Under the pieces are notes generated by a model. That model made no database searches and was not told the origin of the DNA. It saw only the letters and a program-made list of their open reading frames with translations. Position numbers and translations under genes: made by a program. A DNA stretch of 58,605 bases from Candidatus Pacearchaeota archaeon (lineage in GTDB: Archaea > Nanobdellota > Nanobdellia > Pacearchaeales > UBA284): NCBI GenBank assembly GCA_049699715.1, contig JBNAVB010000003.1, positions 1 to 58,605 on the forward strand. Direction: 5' to 3'. Shown one piece after another: positions 10,038 through 19,887 of this stretch; the stretch's first letter is position 1; the number at the start of each line of letters is the position of its first letter.

Positions 10038-10361
10038 TTAATAAATCTTATTAGCGTAAATGTAATATCCAAGGAATATTTCTTTCATAACTGTTCCTTT
10101 AACTGTCACTTTTTTCCCTTCTTCAGGAAGCTCTTTGCTCTGGACATTTATTGAGTAATCTCCGTCTGTCAGCGCAAATCCGGATAAGGTCCCTATTTTT
10201 ACTGAATTTTTCACAATCCCACTCACAACTATCTCTTTGCCAAGATATTTTTCAGGGTTTTCCTTAAGCTCCTTGACGCTCACGAAACCGCATCCAGCGC
10301 TAGACACTAGAATCAAGACTAACAAAAAAGATAAAAGGGCAAAAAAATATTGTGTTTTCAT
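10038..10361 (-). CDS. Secreted/lipoprotein OB-fold protein
   Basis: Signal peptide ending SAGC; ENPEKYLGKEIVVSG OB-fold-like pattern. Confidence 0.6.
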   Translation of the reverse strand: MKTQYFFALLSFLLVLILVSSAGCGFVSVKELKENPEKYLGKEIVVSGIVKNSVKIGTLSGFALTDGDYSINVQSKELPEEGKKVTVKGTVMKEIFLGYYIYANKIY

Positions 10362-10384
10362 TTTAATTTATTTTGATTTAATTT

Positions 10385-10585
10385 TTATGTGAATATCAAA
10401 ATGTAGATTATGCCTATAATAAAACCTATCGCACCTATGGCCAATATTCCTAAAGCCGAAATCTTGGAAACCTGTTTTACCTCTTCGCTTGTTGGTTTCC
10501 TAGCTACTTTAAACACTCTCACGCATTTCCCGAAGAACTCTCCTGTAGCTTTAAAAAGATTTTTCTTTTGTATTTGTTCTTCCAT
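10385..10585 (-). CDS. secE: Protein translocase SecE (Sec61 gamma)
   Basis: RVFKVARKPTSEE plus C-terminal TM; ftsZ-secE-spt5 synteny. Confidence 0.93.
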   Translation of the reverse strand: MEEQIQKKNLFKATGEFFGKCVRVFKVARKPTSEEVKQVSKISALGILAIGAIGFIIGIIYILIFT

Positions 10586-10642
10586 CTTATTTTAGTATTA
10601 AAATATCCCTAGATAAATTAAAAATTAGAAGCCTTAAAAACC

Positions 10643-11731
10643 TTACTTTTCTTCAACAAAATCAATGCCGAGCTCTTGTTCCATCTCCCTTACATTCTTA
10701 TCAAATCGTCTCTCCCCAGGCCCCAATATTTGTGAGCTTTTTACTCCAGTCACAATTAACAAAACTCGTAAGGTTTTATCCATATCCTCACTAAGCTGCG
10801 CTCCCCATATCATCTTGGCTCTAGGATTAATTCTCTTGCCAACAGTCTCTATGACTTTCTTTGCTTCATCTAAAGTTAAGTCTAACCCCCCGATAATATT
10901 GATCAATGCGCCAGAAGCATCGTTAATGTCAACATCAAGCAAAGGATTTTCTATAGCTTTCTCAACAGCTTCTGTTGCCCTGTTCTGCGAATCGCTCTCA
11001 CCAACACCTATCATTGCTACTCCACCATTAAGCATTATGGCCTTGATGTCAGCAAAATCCAAGTTGACTAAGCCGGCTTTTGTGACAAGTTCAGCTGTTC
11101 CTTTGACAGCGTTAGTTAAAATTTCATCAGCAACTTTAAAAGCAGTGTGCAATGGTAAGTCTGGCGCTAGTTCAAGCAGTTTGTCATTAGGGATGACAAT
11201 CAAAGTGTCAACCGCGTCCTCAAGCTTCTCCAATCCAATCATTGCATTTTCATATCTTCTCTCACCCTCAATTGTGAAAGGCAAGGTTACTACAGCAATT
11301 GTCAATGCTCCCATTTTCTTTGCCATTGCCGCTACGACAGGTGCCGTTCCTGTCCCAGTTCCTCCACCCAAGCCACATGTTATAAAAACCATATCTGCAC
11401 CTTGAAGTTTTTGTTTAATCTCATGCTCTGATTCATGAGCAGCTTCCTCACCGATCTGTGGATTGCTTCCTGCCCCTAGTCCATGTGTTAACTCTTTTCC
11501 GACAAGAATTTTAGAATCCGCGCAAGTGTAAAGCAGATCCTGCGCGTCAGTGTTAATAGCAATAAGTTCCGCGCCCTTGATTCCTATCTCTTTCATTCTC
11601 GTCAAGGTGTTCCCGCCTCCGCCGCCACAACCAAATACTTTGATGGCAGCCTTTTGTTTAGCAATAATCTCTTCAAGCTCTCTGTCAACTTCATGAGTTA
11701 CTTCCTCTTTTAATTGGTAAAGTTCAGCCAT
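10643..11731 (-). CDS. ftsZ: Cell division protein FtsZ
   Basis: GGGGGN, NTDAQ, tubulin signature [15 protein letters not shown]. Confidence 0.98.
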   Translation of the reverse strand: MAELYQLKEEVTHEVDRELEEIIAKQKAAIKVFGCGGGGGNTLTRMKEIGIKGAELIAINTDAQDLLYTCADSKILVGKELTHGLGAGSNPQIGEEAAHESEHEIKQKLQGADMVFITCGLGGGTGTGTAPVVAAMAKKMGALTIAVVTLPFTIEGERRYENAMIGLEKLEDAVDTLIVIPNDKLLELAPDLPLHTAFKVADEILTNAVKGTAELVTKAGLVNLDFADIKAIMLNGGVAMIGVGESDSQNRATEAVEKAIENPLLDVDINDASGALINIIGGLDLTLDEAKKVIETVGKRINPRAKMIWGAQLSEDMDKTLRVLLIVTGVKSSQILGPGERRFDKNVREMEQELGIDFVEEK

Positions 11732-11774
11732 TTTTCAGCAAACATATAATTTAAAAATAAATAGTATATAAATT

Positions 11775-12437
11775 TTAGTATTCTTTAGTCAATATTTCAA
11801 TTTTTGTCAGCTCTAAAACTTTTTTCTTGAACAGTTCAACATCATTTTTGCTGACTTTTGTCATTTTCTTGAACGAAACAATTGTTTTACCTTCTTTTTC
11901 TTCTATTTTTTCGATCTCAATCCCAAACATCTTAGCTATAGCCTTAATTTTCTTGTTGTTGTCGAGCACAATCTCATTAATTTTGAACTTATAGACAATT
12001 TCCTTGCCAGCAAGAGGATTGTTCAAATCCACAAGGGCTCGCCCAGAAGTTACAGAAATAACTTTAGCAACAATCCCGTTGACATTCACGAGCATCCCAG
12101 CATGAGGCATCTCTGTGAAAGCGCTCAAAGGCACTATCTTGATAAGTTTAGGGTCGCGCTTGCCGAAAGCATGCTCTGGTTTTAAAGCAACTTCATAATT
12201 CTTGCCGATATCTTTATTCTCGAGCTCTTTGTCAAGACTCTTCAGAAGCATTGCCTCACCAATGCATAGTACAAAAGGCTCGAACTTTTTGTCCTTGATT
12301 TCAATGCCTGCTTTTTTGGCATCTTCAATGCGAGTGGTGTCAAAAAGCATTCCATCTTTGGTGTAGGCACTAAAATCTATCTCGATGAAATCCCCTTTCT
12401 TCGTCTTTCTACTTGTCTCCCCACTCTTCTCGCCCAT
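11775..12437 (-). CDS. slyD: FKBP-type peptidyl-prolyl isomerase (SlyD-like)
   Basis: GDFIEIDF, LFDTT, PEHAFGKRD, VDLNNPLAGK. Confidence 0.9.
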   Translation of the reverse strand: MGEKSGETSRKTKKGDFIEIDFSAYTKDGMLFDTTRIEDAKKAGIEIKDKKFEPFVLCIGEAMLLKSLDKELENKDIGKNYEVALKPEHAFGKRDPKLIKIVPLSAFTEMPHAGMLVNVNGIVAKVISVTSGRALVDLNNPLAGKEIVYKFKINEIVLDNNKKIKAIAKMFGIEIEKIEEKEGKTIVSFKKMTKVSKNDVELFKKKVLELTKIEILTKEY

Positions 12438-12558
12438 AGCTAAATAAGAAAAAATCGCTTTAAATGTTTTGCTTTTCGATTTATTTTTCTGATTTTTTTC
12501 ATCACTTTACTGTTACATCATACGAAAGTTTTATATATCTAATCGCTATTAAGATAAT

Positions 12559-12948
12559 ATGACATGGCGTAAGGGGCTCAGCAAAGAACTTCGGTATCAT
12601 CTAGAGAAGATCATTCTTGAAAGCTACTCACACAAGCATGCTATAACTCATGCAAAAGACAAAGGAAAAGCGCAATTGTGGGTTGCTTTGGCAATTCTCC
12701 AAAAGAAAATTACAGAGCTTGAGCTGAAAACAGCATATCTTGAAAGAACATTACAGCAATTTTTCCCGAGAAAGAAACAGCTTTCAGAGAATGAGAGGAA
12801 AAAACAAGAGGCCGAAGTGGAAGCAATATTGAAAAATCTCGTCACAGGAAAAAGGTTTGAAGCAAAACTAAATACAAAGCGAGACAAAAGACACAAAAAA
12901 AGACACGAGAAAGGGCGAAGTTCTATAAAAATAGCAAAATCTTTATAA
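12559..12948 (+). CDS. Hypothetical protein
   Basis: 129-aa ORF with BRE/TATA-like gaaagttttatata about 25 nt upstream. Confidence 0.65.
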   Translation: MTWRKGLSKELRYHLEKIILESYSHKHAITHAKDKGKAQLWVALAILQKKITELELKTAYLERTLQQFFPRKKQLSENERKKQEAEVEAILKNLVTGKRFEAKLNTKRDKRHKKRHEKGRSSIKIAKSL

Positions 12949-12970
12949 ATCATCTTTCTTTTCTTGTGGC

Positions 12971-13366
12971 ATGTCATTAAAATTGGTTGATGCTACTGAA
13001 TTAAGACAGGGTAGTTTTGCGATGATAAATGAGGCTCCTTGCGTTGTCAAGTCTATTGATATAAGCAAGACTGGTAAGCATGGTGCAAGTAAGTGTAGGA
13101 TAGAGGCTATTGGGATTCTTGATGACAAAAAAAGGATAACTGTCATGCCTGGCTCAGAGCGAGTGGCAGTGCCGATGATTGAAAAAAAGCGCGCCCAGGT
13201 TTTAAGCATCAACAAACAAGACGCAAAAGCAAGCGTTATGGATCTTGAAAACTTTGAGACCATAGACGCTGCAATAGCATCAGACTTATTAGAAAGCGTT
13301 GCAGAAGGCTCCCAAGTGGAGTATTGGAATGTCGAAGGGAGCAAAATAATTAAGAGGTTATTGTAG
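12971..13366 (+). CDS. eif5a: Translation factor aIF-5A
   Basis: Hypusination motif SKTGKHGASK. Confidence 0.96.
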   Translation: MSLKLVDATELRQGSFAMINEAPCVVKSIDISKTGKHGASKCRIEAIGILDDKKRITVMPGSERVAVPMIEKKRAQVLSINKQDAKASVMDLENFETIDAAIASDLLESVAEGSQVEYWNVEGSKIIKRLL

Positions 13367-13385
13367 ATATTGTAAAAATTGTAAA

Positions 13386-13556
13386 ATGGCGAAGATAGAA
13401 GCGGCACACTCAAGACTTTTCAAAGAAGTTTTTGTGTGTAGAAGATGTGGAAGCAAAATAAAAGCGCAGTCAAGAAAAGTTTCAGAAGGAAGCGTCAGAT
13501 GCAGAAAATGCAAAAGTCTCGCGCTCCGTCCAAAGAGAAAAAAGACTAAAAAGTAA
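13386..13556 (+). CDS. rpl40e: 50S ribosomal protein L40e
   Basis: Not in ORF track; translated by hand: MAKIEAAHSRLFKEVFVCRRCGSK...CRKCKSLALRPKRKK. Confidence 0.9.
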   Translation: MAKIEAAHSRLFKEVFVCRRCGSKIKAQSRKVSEGSVRCRKCKSLALRPKRKKTKK

Positions 13557-13603
13557 GTTAAAATAACTTAAAAATCAGAGAATAAAAATAAAAAAGAAAT
13601 AAG

Positions 13604-15013
13604 ATGTCATTTGTTATTTTTGATTTGATTTTTTTTGGGGTTTTTTGTCTAATAATTGGGTTATTTCTGTACAGGAAAAGGGAAAAACTTAAAATAGAAT
13701 CGAAAGTTTTTCTGCTTTACAGAACAAAAGTAGGCCTAAAATTCATAAAATGGTTCAGCAAAAAATTCTCTCCACTTTTACATATTTTGAGTTACTTTTC
13801 TATCGTATTCGGATTCGTTGCCATGATCCTTTCTATTGCATTGCTCTATAGAAGCATCGAAATAATTATTTCTTTAGTTACTATCCCAAAAATCCCCCCA
13901 TTAATGCCACTTGTCCCCTATCTCCCACAAATATTTGACTTGCCATTGCCCCCATTTTATTTCACTTATTGGCTTATTATCATTGCTATAGTCGCAATTG
14001 TCCACGAATTTTCCCATGGTATATTCGCTTCTCTCTATAAATTAAAAATCAAGGCGACTGGATTTGGTTTCTTGGGACCTTTTCTTGCAGCATTTGTCGA
14101 GCCTGATGAAAAAGCAATGCAAAAAAAGAGCGCAAAGCAACAATTAGCTATCTTATCCGCGGGAAGTTTTGCGAATTTTATCTTCGCCATCTTGTTCCTG
14201 ATAATCTTAAATATTTTCTTTGTATTGAGCACAATGCCTTCTGGCATAATTTATGCAACATCATCAATCAACGCAAGCAATATAACAAATTTCACAATAG
14301 ATTCTACAATAATCGAGGGTCTAGAGAGGGATCAGTTATTGCCCCTATTGAACGATTCCCATGAGTTAATACCCATAGGAACTGATAATGGTACCTATTA
14401 TATCAGCCATAGTTTGCTAAAGGAACAAATGCGCTCCTGGAAAAATAACTCCCAATCGTTGATAGTTTTTTATAACAGCCCGATGATTAGGGCAAACATC
14501 CAAGGAGAAATAACCAAAGTAAATGGGATAGCAGTTAAAGATTATGATAAGATTTTTGTGAATCTTTCAGAGCTATCTCCTGGTGACAAAGTAAAAATAG
14601 AAACTACCAAAGGAAGTTACGAAGTCGCTGCTGACAGACACCCTTTGAATGAAAGCCGCGGATTTATTGGATTGGGTTCAACAGTTTTGCCTATAAGTGG
14701 ATTTGCCAAAGTTCTCCAAGATATAAGTTCGGTGCCAAAGAATCCCTTCATGTTTTACTCCCCAAAATATGATATGGAAACTTTTACCTTTAGCTATGAT
14801 TTGTTATGGTGGCTTGTGTTAATCTGTATTTCAATAGCGCTAATCAATATGCTTCCCTTAGGAATGCTCGATGGTGGTCGCTTCATTTATGTCACTGCTT
14901 TAGGCCTTACAAAATCAAAAAAATTTGCAGAGATAACATTCAAAATCGCGGCCTTCTTGGTTGTATTGATATTGTTAGCTTTGACAATTGTATGGTTTGT
15001 CAAGATAATCTAA
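13604..15013 (+). CDS. Site-2 protease (M50) with PDZ-like insert
   Basis: HEFSH, AFVEPD, AGSFAN, NMLPLGMLDGG. Confidence 0.92.
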   Translation: MSFVIFDLIFFGVFCLIIGLFLYRKREKLKIESKVFLLYRTKVGLKFIKWFSKKFSPLLHILSYFSIVFGFVAMILSIALLYRSIEIIISLVTIPKIPPLMPLVPYLPQIFDLPLPPFYFTYWLIIIAIVAIVHEFSHGIFASLYKLKIKATGFGFLGPFLAAFVEPDEKAMQKKSAKQQLAILSAGSFANFIFAILFLIILNIFFVLSTMPSGIIYATSSINASNITNFTIDSTIIEGLERDQLLPLLNDSHELIPIGTDNGTYYISHSLLKEQMRSWKNNSQSLIVFYNSPMIRANIQGEITKVNGIAVKDYDKIFVNLSELSPGDKVKIETTKGSYEVAADRHPLNESRGFIGLGSTVLPISGFAKVLQDISSVPKNPFMFYSPKYDMETFTFSYDLLWWLVLICISIALINMLPLGMLDGGRFIYVTALGLTKSKKFAEITFKIAAFLVVLILLALTIVWFVKII

Positions 15014-15056
15014 AATTATTTAAAACAAATTTCCTTCTGCCTTTTGCAAGAAAAGC

Positions 15057-15127
15057 GGGCCCGTAGTCTAATGGCAAGACGCCTCCTTCGCAGGGAGGAA
15101 TTTCGAGTTCGACTCTCGACGGGTCCA
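15057..15127 (+). tRNA. tRNA-Ala(CGC)
   Basis: Acceptor GGGCCCG/CGGGTCC with G3:U70, A73; anticodon stem CCTCC/GGAGG; TTCGA loop. Confidence 0.9.
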
Positions 15128-15355
15128 TAAAATTTCTATTTTATATAGATTTATTTGCACTAGAAATAAAAAATTTGGAATTATTTGGATTTTATTTTTC
15201 GATGTTTTTTTGCAAAAAAAATTTACCTTCGACAAAATTTTTTGAATTTTAGAAAAAAAATAAAAATTTCAATAAAAAAGAAAAGATATATAAATAAAAA
15301 TGCATTTATTTTTTTAACAAATATTAAATTCAATCTCACTAAAAGAGGTTTCAAA

Positions 15356-15391
15356 ATGGCAAAAAAGAAGAAAGGAAAGAAAAAGAGATAG
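15356..15391 (+). CDS. Putative 11-aa Lys-rich micropeptide MAKKKKGKKKR
   Basis: GAGGT RBS, upstream TATA-like aaagatatataaat, T-rich tract downstream. Confidence 0.4.
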   Translation: MAKKKKGKKKR

Positions 15392-15470
15392 TTATAATTA
15401 ACTCTTAATCACAATTTTATTTTTGTTCTTGTTTTATTCTTGATTCTTCTTCTAGAAATCTACAATTATC

Positions 15471-15845
15471 TCAAAATTCAATTATTCCATCTCGAGTCAA
15501 TGCAACAAATTTTATCCCCACCGGCAACTGCAACAATGCTGAAATTAGTGCCATATGCTCCTTCCCATCCCCAGAAGCAATTGAAAGCGCAACCTCTATT
15601 CCATTAATTTTACCTTTCAGTTTTTCTTTAATTTCATCTACAGTTTCTTTGATTGACTTATCAAAATTTATGCTTATAACCTCCGCCTTTTTGCTGAAAT
15701 TAAATTTACCGACAGAAGCTTTGAAAAAATTATCACAAATCAATATTACTTTCTCCCATGTTCCCCTATTGACTAAGCCCGCGACCTGCCCCCACGTGCC
15801 TTTTCCACTTGATAATAACGCGATCAGTTCCATAAAAAAAAACAT
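15471..15845 (-). CDS. Hypothetical protein
   Basis: Globular-looking ORF (SSGKGTWGQV...ASGDGKEHMAL); start may be a few codons later. Confidence 0.7.
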   Translation of the reverse strand: MFFFMELIALLSSGKGTWGQVAGLVNRGTWEKVILICDNFFKASVGKFNFSKKAEVISINFDKSIKETVDEIKEKLKGKINGIEVALSIASGDGKEHMALISALLQLPVGIKFVALTRDGIIEF

Positions 15846-15883
15846 AACCTAAAGTTTATAAGGATTATGTCAGTATTGTATAC

Positions 15884-16339
15884 ATGAAAGAGCGCTCATT
15901 AAGTGAGATTACATTAAGAAAATATGAAAAACCTTATGAATTAAGCCAGCGCGACTTATTGAAAAAAATCTGTTTAAGTCTCGGTTTGTTACAGCCAGGG
16001 GATTCTCGAGACATTATTGTAGATATTTTACAAGTTCTCTTTGAACACAGAAAACAAAAACAAGAACTTACAACAGAACAGATAAAAGAAAGGGCCATAG
16101 CAAACAGAAAGCGGGCAAATCTCGAAATCAAAGGGATCGCAGACTCAAATATTAGGAGGCAATTAAAAAGACTACGAGATTTGTTTCTTGTTGAAAAAGA
16201 AAATAATCTCTACCGAATCGCCGAATTCGACAGTCTAGAAGAAATTTTTTCAAAAAAAATAGAAAAATTTTATATTGCCAGCATCATAGAGAGAATAAAG
16301 GAATATCTTGCTGTCTTGGAACAAAATAATAATAAATAG
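15884..16339 (+). CDS. Hypothetical winged-helix-like protein
   Basis: SNIRRQLKRLRDLFLVEK..NLY recognition-helix/wing pattern. Confidence 0.65.
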   Translation: MKERSLSEITLRKYEKPYELSQRDLLKKICLSLGLLQPGDSRDIIVDILQVLFEHRKQKQELTTEQIKERAIANRKRANLEIKGIADSNIRRQLKRLRDLFLVEKENNLYRIAEFDSLEEIFSKKIEKFYIASIIERIKEYLAVLEQNNNK

Positions 16340-16402
16340 CGACGGAAAATAAAAGATTTTGCAAGAGAAACCTTTATAAATGCCCTTTCTTTTAGATTAT
16401 TA

Positions 16403-16451
16403 TTCCGTTAAAACTACTACTTAAAGGGCCAGTTTAAGGATGTAGGAGGAA
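16403..16451 (+). promoter_or_regulatory. Putative L1-binding autoregulatory mRNA element overlapping the rpl1 SD
   Basis: ttCC-GTTAAAAC-TAC...GTA-GGA-GGaa resembles the L1-binding asymmetric loop of 23S rRNA and methanococcal L1 mRNA. Confidence 0.65.
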
Positions 16452-16454
16452 AAA

Positions 16455-17075
16455 ATGAATTTTTCTGAATCCCTAACAGAATTAAGAAAAGCAAACAAGA
16501 AAAGGAATTTTGACCAAACAGTTGACCTGATCATAAATCTAAAGGACTTTGATCCCCGCCGTGACAGTTTGAACACTTTTTCCATACTCCCCCACCTAAG
16601 CATAAAAAAGAAAGTTTGCGGATTTTTGGAGCACCCTTCATCAAAGGTCTATTCCATAACAAAAAATGATATCGAAAAGTTGACCCAATCAGATATTAAA
16701 AAACTAATCAAAGAATATGACTTTTTCATCGCAAATGCAAAACTTATGCCTTCAATAGCGCAGAAATTTGGCAAGGTTCTAGGGATAGCTGGTAAAATGC
16801 CCGATCCTAAAATGGGATGCGTTCTTTTGCAAGAAAATGAGAAATCTATAGAAGAAATTGTCGATAAGCTTTCAAAGATGATAAAAATAAAGGCAAAAGA
16901 GGCAAGTTTGAAGATAGCTATAGGAAAAGAAAGCATGAATGATAAGGAGATAGCGGACAACGCGCAGACAGCGCTAAAAGCCGTGATAGACGCCTTACCA
17001 AAGAAAGAGTTAAATCTACGTTCAGTCATGTTAAAATTCACAATGAGCAAGCCCATTAAAATAAAATTCAAATAA
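16455..17075 (+). CDS. rpl1: 50S ribosomal protein L1
   Basis: KRNFDQTVDLIINLK, GKMP, LKFTMS. Confidence 0.95.
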   Translation: MNFSESLTELRKANKKRNFDQTVDLIINLKDFDPRRDSLNTFSILPHLSIKKKVCGFLEHPSSKVYSITKNDIEKLTQSDIKKLIKEYDFFIANAKLMPSIAQKFGKVLGIAGKMPDPKMGCVLLQENEKSIEEIVDKLSKMIKIKAKEASLKIAIGKESMNDKEIADNAQTALKAVIDALPKKELNLRSVMLKFTMSKPIKIKFK

Positions 17076-17113
17076 AAACAAGTAAAAAATAAAAAAACAA
17101 GTAAAAAATAAAA

Positions 17114-17971
17114 ATGCCGAAGAAGCAAAACAATATAGAAGCAAAAGTTTCAGAGAAAAAGAAACAGATTTTAAGAGATCTTGTAAATCTCATCAATGAA
17201 AGCAATACGGTGATAATCGCTTCAATCATAAATATCTCATCATTGCAGTTCCAAAAACTAAAACAATCGTTAAAAGGGAAGGCAATAATAAAGGTTGTCA
17301 AGAAAAATCTTGCACTAAAAGCCCTGGAACAAGCAAAAGCAAAGAAACAGGGGATAGAGCAACTTAAACAGACTATAGGAAACGGAAGCAACTTCGCTTT
17401 GTTGTTCTCAGAACTCGACGCTTTTGAGCTCGCAGCAATACTCTCAGAAAACAAAAGGCCTTCTAAAATCAAACCGGGCCAAATAGCACCGCAAGACATT
17501 ATCCTAGAAGCTGGCCCCACAGACTTACCAGCCGGTCCCGCGATATCAGATCTCTCAAAAGTGAAGATAAAGGCCGGCATCGAAGGCGGCAAAATAGTAA
17601 TCAAAGAGCGCGCAGTGTTAACAAAGCAAGGAGAGAAAGTTTCTGAAGATGTCGCTTCAGTGCTTGCGAAGCTCGAGATTATGCCCTTATCTGTCGGTAT
17701 AGAACCTCTAGCAGCGTACGATTCCAAAGGCAACAAAGTTTACACAAATATCAAAATAGATAAATCAGCAATAATCCAAGACTTGAAAATTAAGACTAAT
17801 CAAGCTGTGGCTTTAGCACTTCACATAAGCTATCCTTCGCAGGAAACAATAAGGCTTTTGCTAGCTAAAGCGAACATGCAAGGCAACTCAATTTTAAACT
17901 TAGTCGGCCATTCCAAACCATCTCAAACGCCAACAGCTCAAGAAATTCCTACTCAACAAACCCAAAGTTAA
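17114..17971 (+). CDS. rpl10: 50S ribosomal protein L10 (P0)
   Basis: [28 protein letters not shown]; L1-L10-L12 order. Confidence 0.95.
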   Translation: MPKKQNNIEAKVSEKKKQILRDLVNLINESNTVIIASIINISSLQFQKLKQSLKGKAIIKVVKKNLALKALEQAKAKKQGIEQLKQTIGNGSNFALLFSELDAFELAAILSENKRPSKIKPGQIAPQDIILEAGPTDLPAGPAISDLSKVKIKAGIEGGKIVIKERAVLTKQGEKVSEDVASVLAKLEIMPLSVGIEPLAAYDSKGNKVYTNIKIDKSAIIQDLKIKTNQAVALALHISYPSQETIRLLLAKANMQGNSILNLVGHSKPSQTPTAQEIPTQQTQS

Positions 17972-17987
17972 ATCAACAGGAGGAGAA

Positions 17988-18278
17988 ATGCAATACATAT
18001 ATGCAGCTTTACTTTTGCACAATGCTGGAAAAGAAATTACAGAGGACAATCTCAAGAAAGTGATCGAGGCCGCGGGAACACATGCAGATGAAGCGCAGAT
18101 AAAAACAGTAGTGGCAAGTTTGAAAGGCGTTGATATAGAAAAAGCACTTTCTGAAGCAGTTGCTATGCCTGCTGCTGTAGGGGCCCCTACAGCCGGTGCA
18201 TCAACACAAGTAAAAACAGAAGAGAAAGAAGAAAAGGCAGAAGAAGCTGCAGAAGGTTTAGCTGCCCTATTCGGCTAA
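17988..18278 (+). CDS. rpl12: 50S ribosomal protein L12 (P1)
   Basis: [11 protein letters not shown]...GLAALFG. Confidence 0.97.
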   Translation: MQYIYAALLLHNAGKEITEDNLKKVIEAAGTHADEAQIKTVVASLKGVDIEKALSEAVAMPAAVGAPTAGASTQVKTEEKEEKAEEAAEGLAALFG

Positions 18279-18285
18279 AGTTAGA

Positions 18286-18759
18286 ATGGATTCTTTATTG
18301 AGGGCAATGTTCCTAAGCCTTCTGCCTATCGCAGAACTCAGAGGCGGCATCCCCTATGCAGTCGCCCTAGGCATCGATCCTATAATGGCTTTTGTTTTCT
18401 GCACTTTCGCGAATATTCTTGTTGTGCCAATATGTTTCTTGTTCCTGCAGACTTTGAACAAACTTCTCTTGAACATCAAACCCTACAAAAAATTCTTTAA
18501 TATCTACATAAAAAGTCTTAGAAAGCGAAAGGAAAAAGTAGAGAAAGCTTATGAGATTTATGGAATTCTTGCTCTTACAATCTTTGTTGCGATTCCTTTG
18601 CCATTTACAGGCGCGTGGACTGGAACATTTATAGCCTGGCTCCTCGGTTTAAAACACATAAGAAGTTTTTTCGCAATCTCGTTAGGAGTTATAATTGCTG
18701 GCATAATAGTTACATTGATAGCGGCGGGAATTCTAGCAGCACTTTCTTTTTTATTGTAA
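18286..18759 (+). CDS. Small multidrug export family membrane protein (COG2426-like)
   Basis: LPIAELRGGIP, FVAIPLPFTGAWTG. Confidence 0.85.
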   Translation: MDSLLRAMFLSLLPIAELRGGIPYAVALGIDPIMAFVFCTFANILVVPICFLFLQTLNKLLLNIKPYKKFFNIYIKSLRKRKEKVEKAYEIYGILALTIFVAIPLPFTGAWTGTFIAWLLGLKHIRSFFAISLGVIIAGIIVTLIAAGILAALSFLL

Positions 18760-19284
18760 TTTTCTCTGTTCAATTAAGAACTTAACATCAGAATAAAAAG
18801 GGATTGCCTTAATTCTGAAAAACCAAATGCTCAGAAACCAGATTGCTATCACAAACACAGTGCTCAAAACATACCAAAAGAATTTATGTGTAAAATCAAA
18901 AGCTACAGAACTATGGACTACCATATTTATCAAAATTAACAGTCTTAGTATGTTTAAAGCAAGCAATAAAAGCGCGTCAAACACAAACAAAACTACACGT
19001 TTCTTAAAGCTTAAGTCTCGAGTTAGGGCATTGAGTAAGAAAAGTAAGGTATAGGCGCTTCCAGCTATGCATGCGTCAATAATTTCAATCCCAATTCCAT
19101 TAATTATCATACTCTGTAGGTCATTTAAGGCGATATCATAGCAAAAATTTAAAAGCCAATACACTGGATAAACCGTAAGTGGCCTGAAAATAACGTAGAA
19201 TATTGGCAATACCAATGCGGCAACTACGACAATCATTGCAATTCCATAGCGCAGCAATATTTCGGCTCCCTTGTTTATTGCCAT
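18751..19284 (-). CDS. Archaeosortase/exosortase family protein (pacearchaeosortase-like)
   Basis: Catalytic Cys (IIDACIAG), Arg (LNILR) and His (FTHK) in a multi-TM protein. Confidence 0.8.
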   Translation of the reverse strand: MAINKGAEILLRYGIAMIVVVAALVLPIFYVIFRPLTVYPVYWLLNFCYDIALNDLQSMIINGIGIEIIDACIAGSAYTLLFLLNALTRDLSFKKRVVLFVFDALLLLALNILRLLILINMVVHSSVAFDFTHKFFWYVLSTVFVIAIWFLSIWFFRIKAIPFYSDVKFLIEQRKLQ

Positions 19285-19335
19285 AATTCTATAGTCAAGG
19301 ACAATTTATTTAAATATCTTTAGCTAAGAAACTCT

Positions 19336-19887
19336 ATGAAACCAAATAAGAATATCATAATCTTAATAATCGCAATAATCTTGTTCATCCTCTCACTGTT
19401 TTTTGATTCTCAAATATTTGGTTTCATACAGTCAATAAGATGCCCTATCGCCGATACATTCTTTTCTTGGCTTCTTATAATAGAAAAGGATCTTGTTTTT
19501 TATCCTCTCGTAATTTTTGCAACATTGGTTATCTTGTCAATCAGAAACAGAAAGAACGCTCTCCCTTACCTCCTTGGCCTTGTCGCAGCAGGGGTTTTAA
19601 CGCTCGTGTTGAAAGTGGTTTTTGCTAGGTCGAGACCAAATGGATTAGATGAATTATCTTTCCCTTCTGGTCACACGGTTCTATTAACGACATCAATCCC
19701 TTTTCTCAATAACAAAACAGTGAGAATTGTATGGATAATTCTTTCATGTGTATTCTTATCGGCAAGATTATGGTTAGGTTTACATTATCTAAGCGACATA
19801 ATCGCTGGCGCGATTATTGGTTATTTCATTCCAATGATGATTTGCAGATTGATAACAATTAAAGTAATGAAGAAGAAAAGAAAATGA
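19336..19887 (+). CDS. PAP2 family lipid phosphatase
   Basis: K......RP, SFPSGH, R..LGLHYLSD. Confidence 0.92.
   Translation: MKPNKNIIILIIAIILFILSLFFDSQIFGFIQSIRCPIADTFFSWLLIIEKDLVFYPLVIFATLVILSIRNRKNALPYLLGLVAAGVLTLVLKVVFARSRPNGLDELSFPSGHTVLLTTSIPFLNNKTVRIVWIILSCVFLSARLWLGLHYLSDIIAGAIIGYFIPMMICRLITIKVMKKKRK

Noticed and set aside
10665-11405. Long antisense ORFs (also 17068-17736, 12943-13413, 16649-17128 and others)
   Set aside because: Shadows of well-conserved genes on the opposite strand, with no motifs
17071-17113. Short tandem duplication (aaaaacaagtaaaaaataaaa) between rpl1 and rpl10
   Set aside because: Low-complexity slippage; no evidence of function
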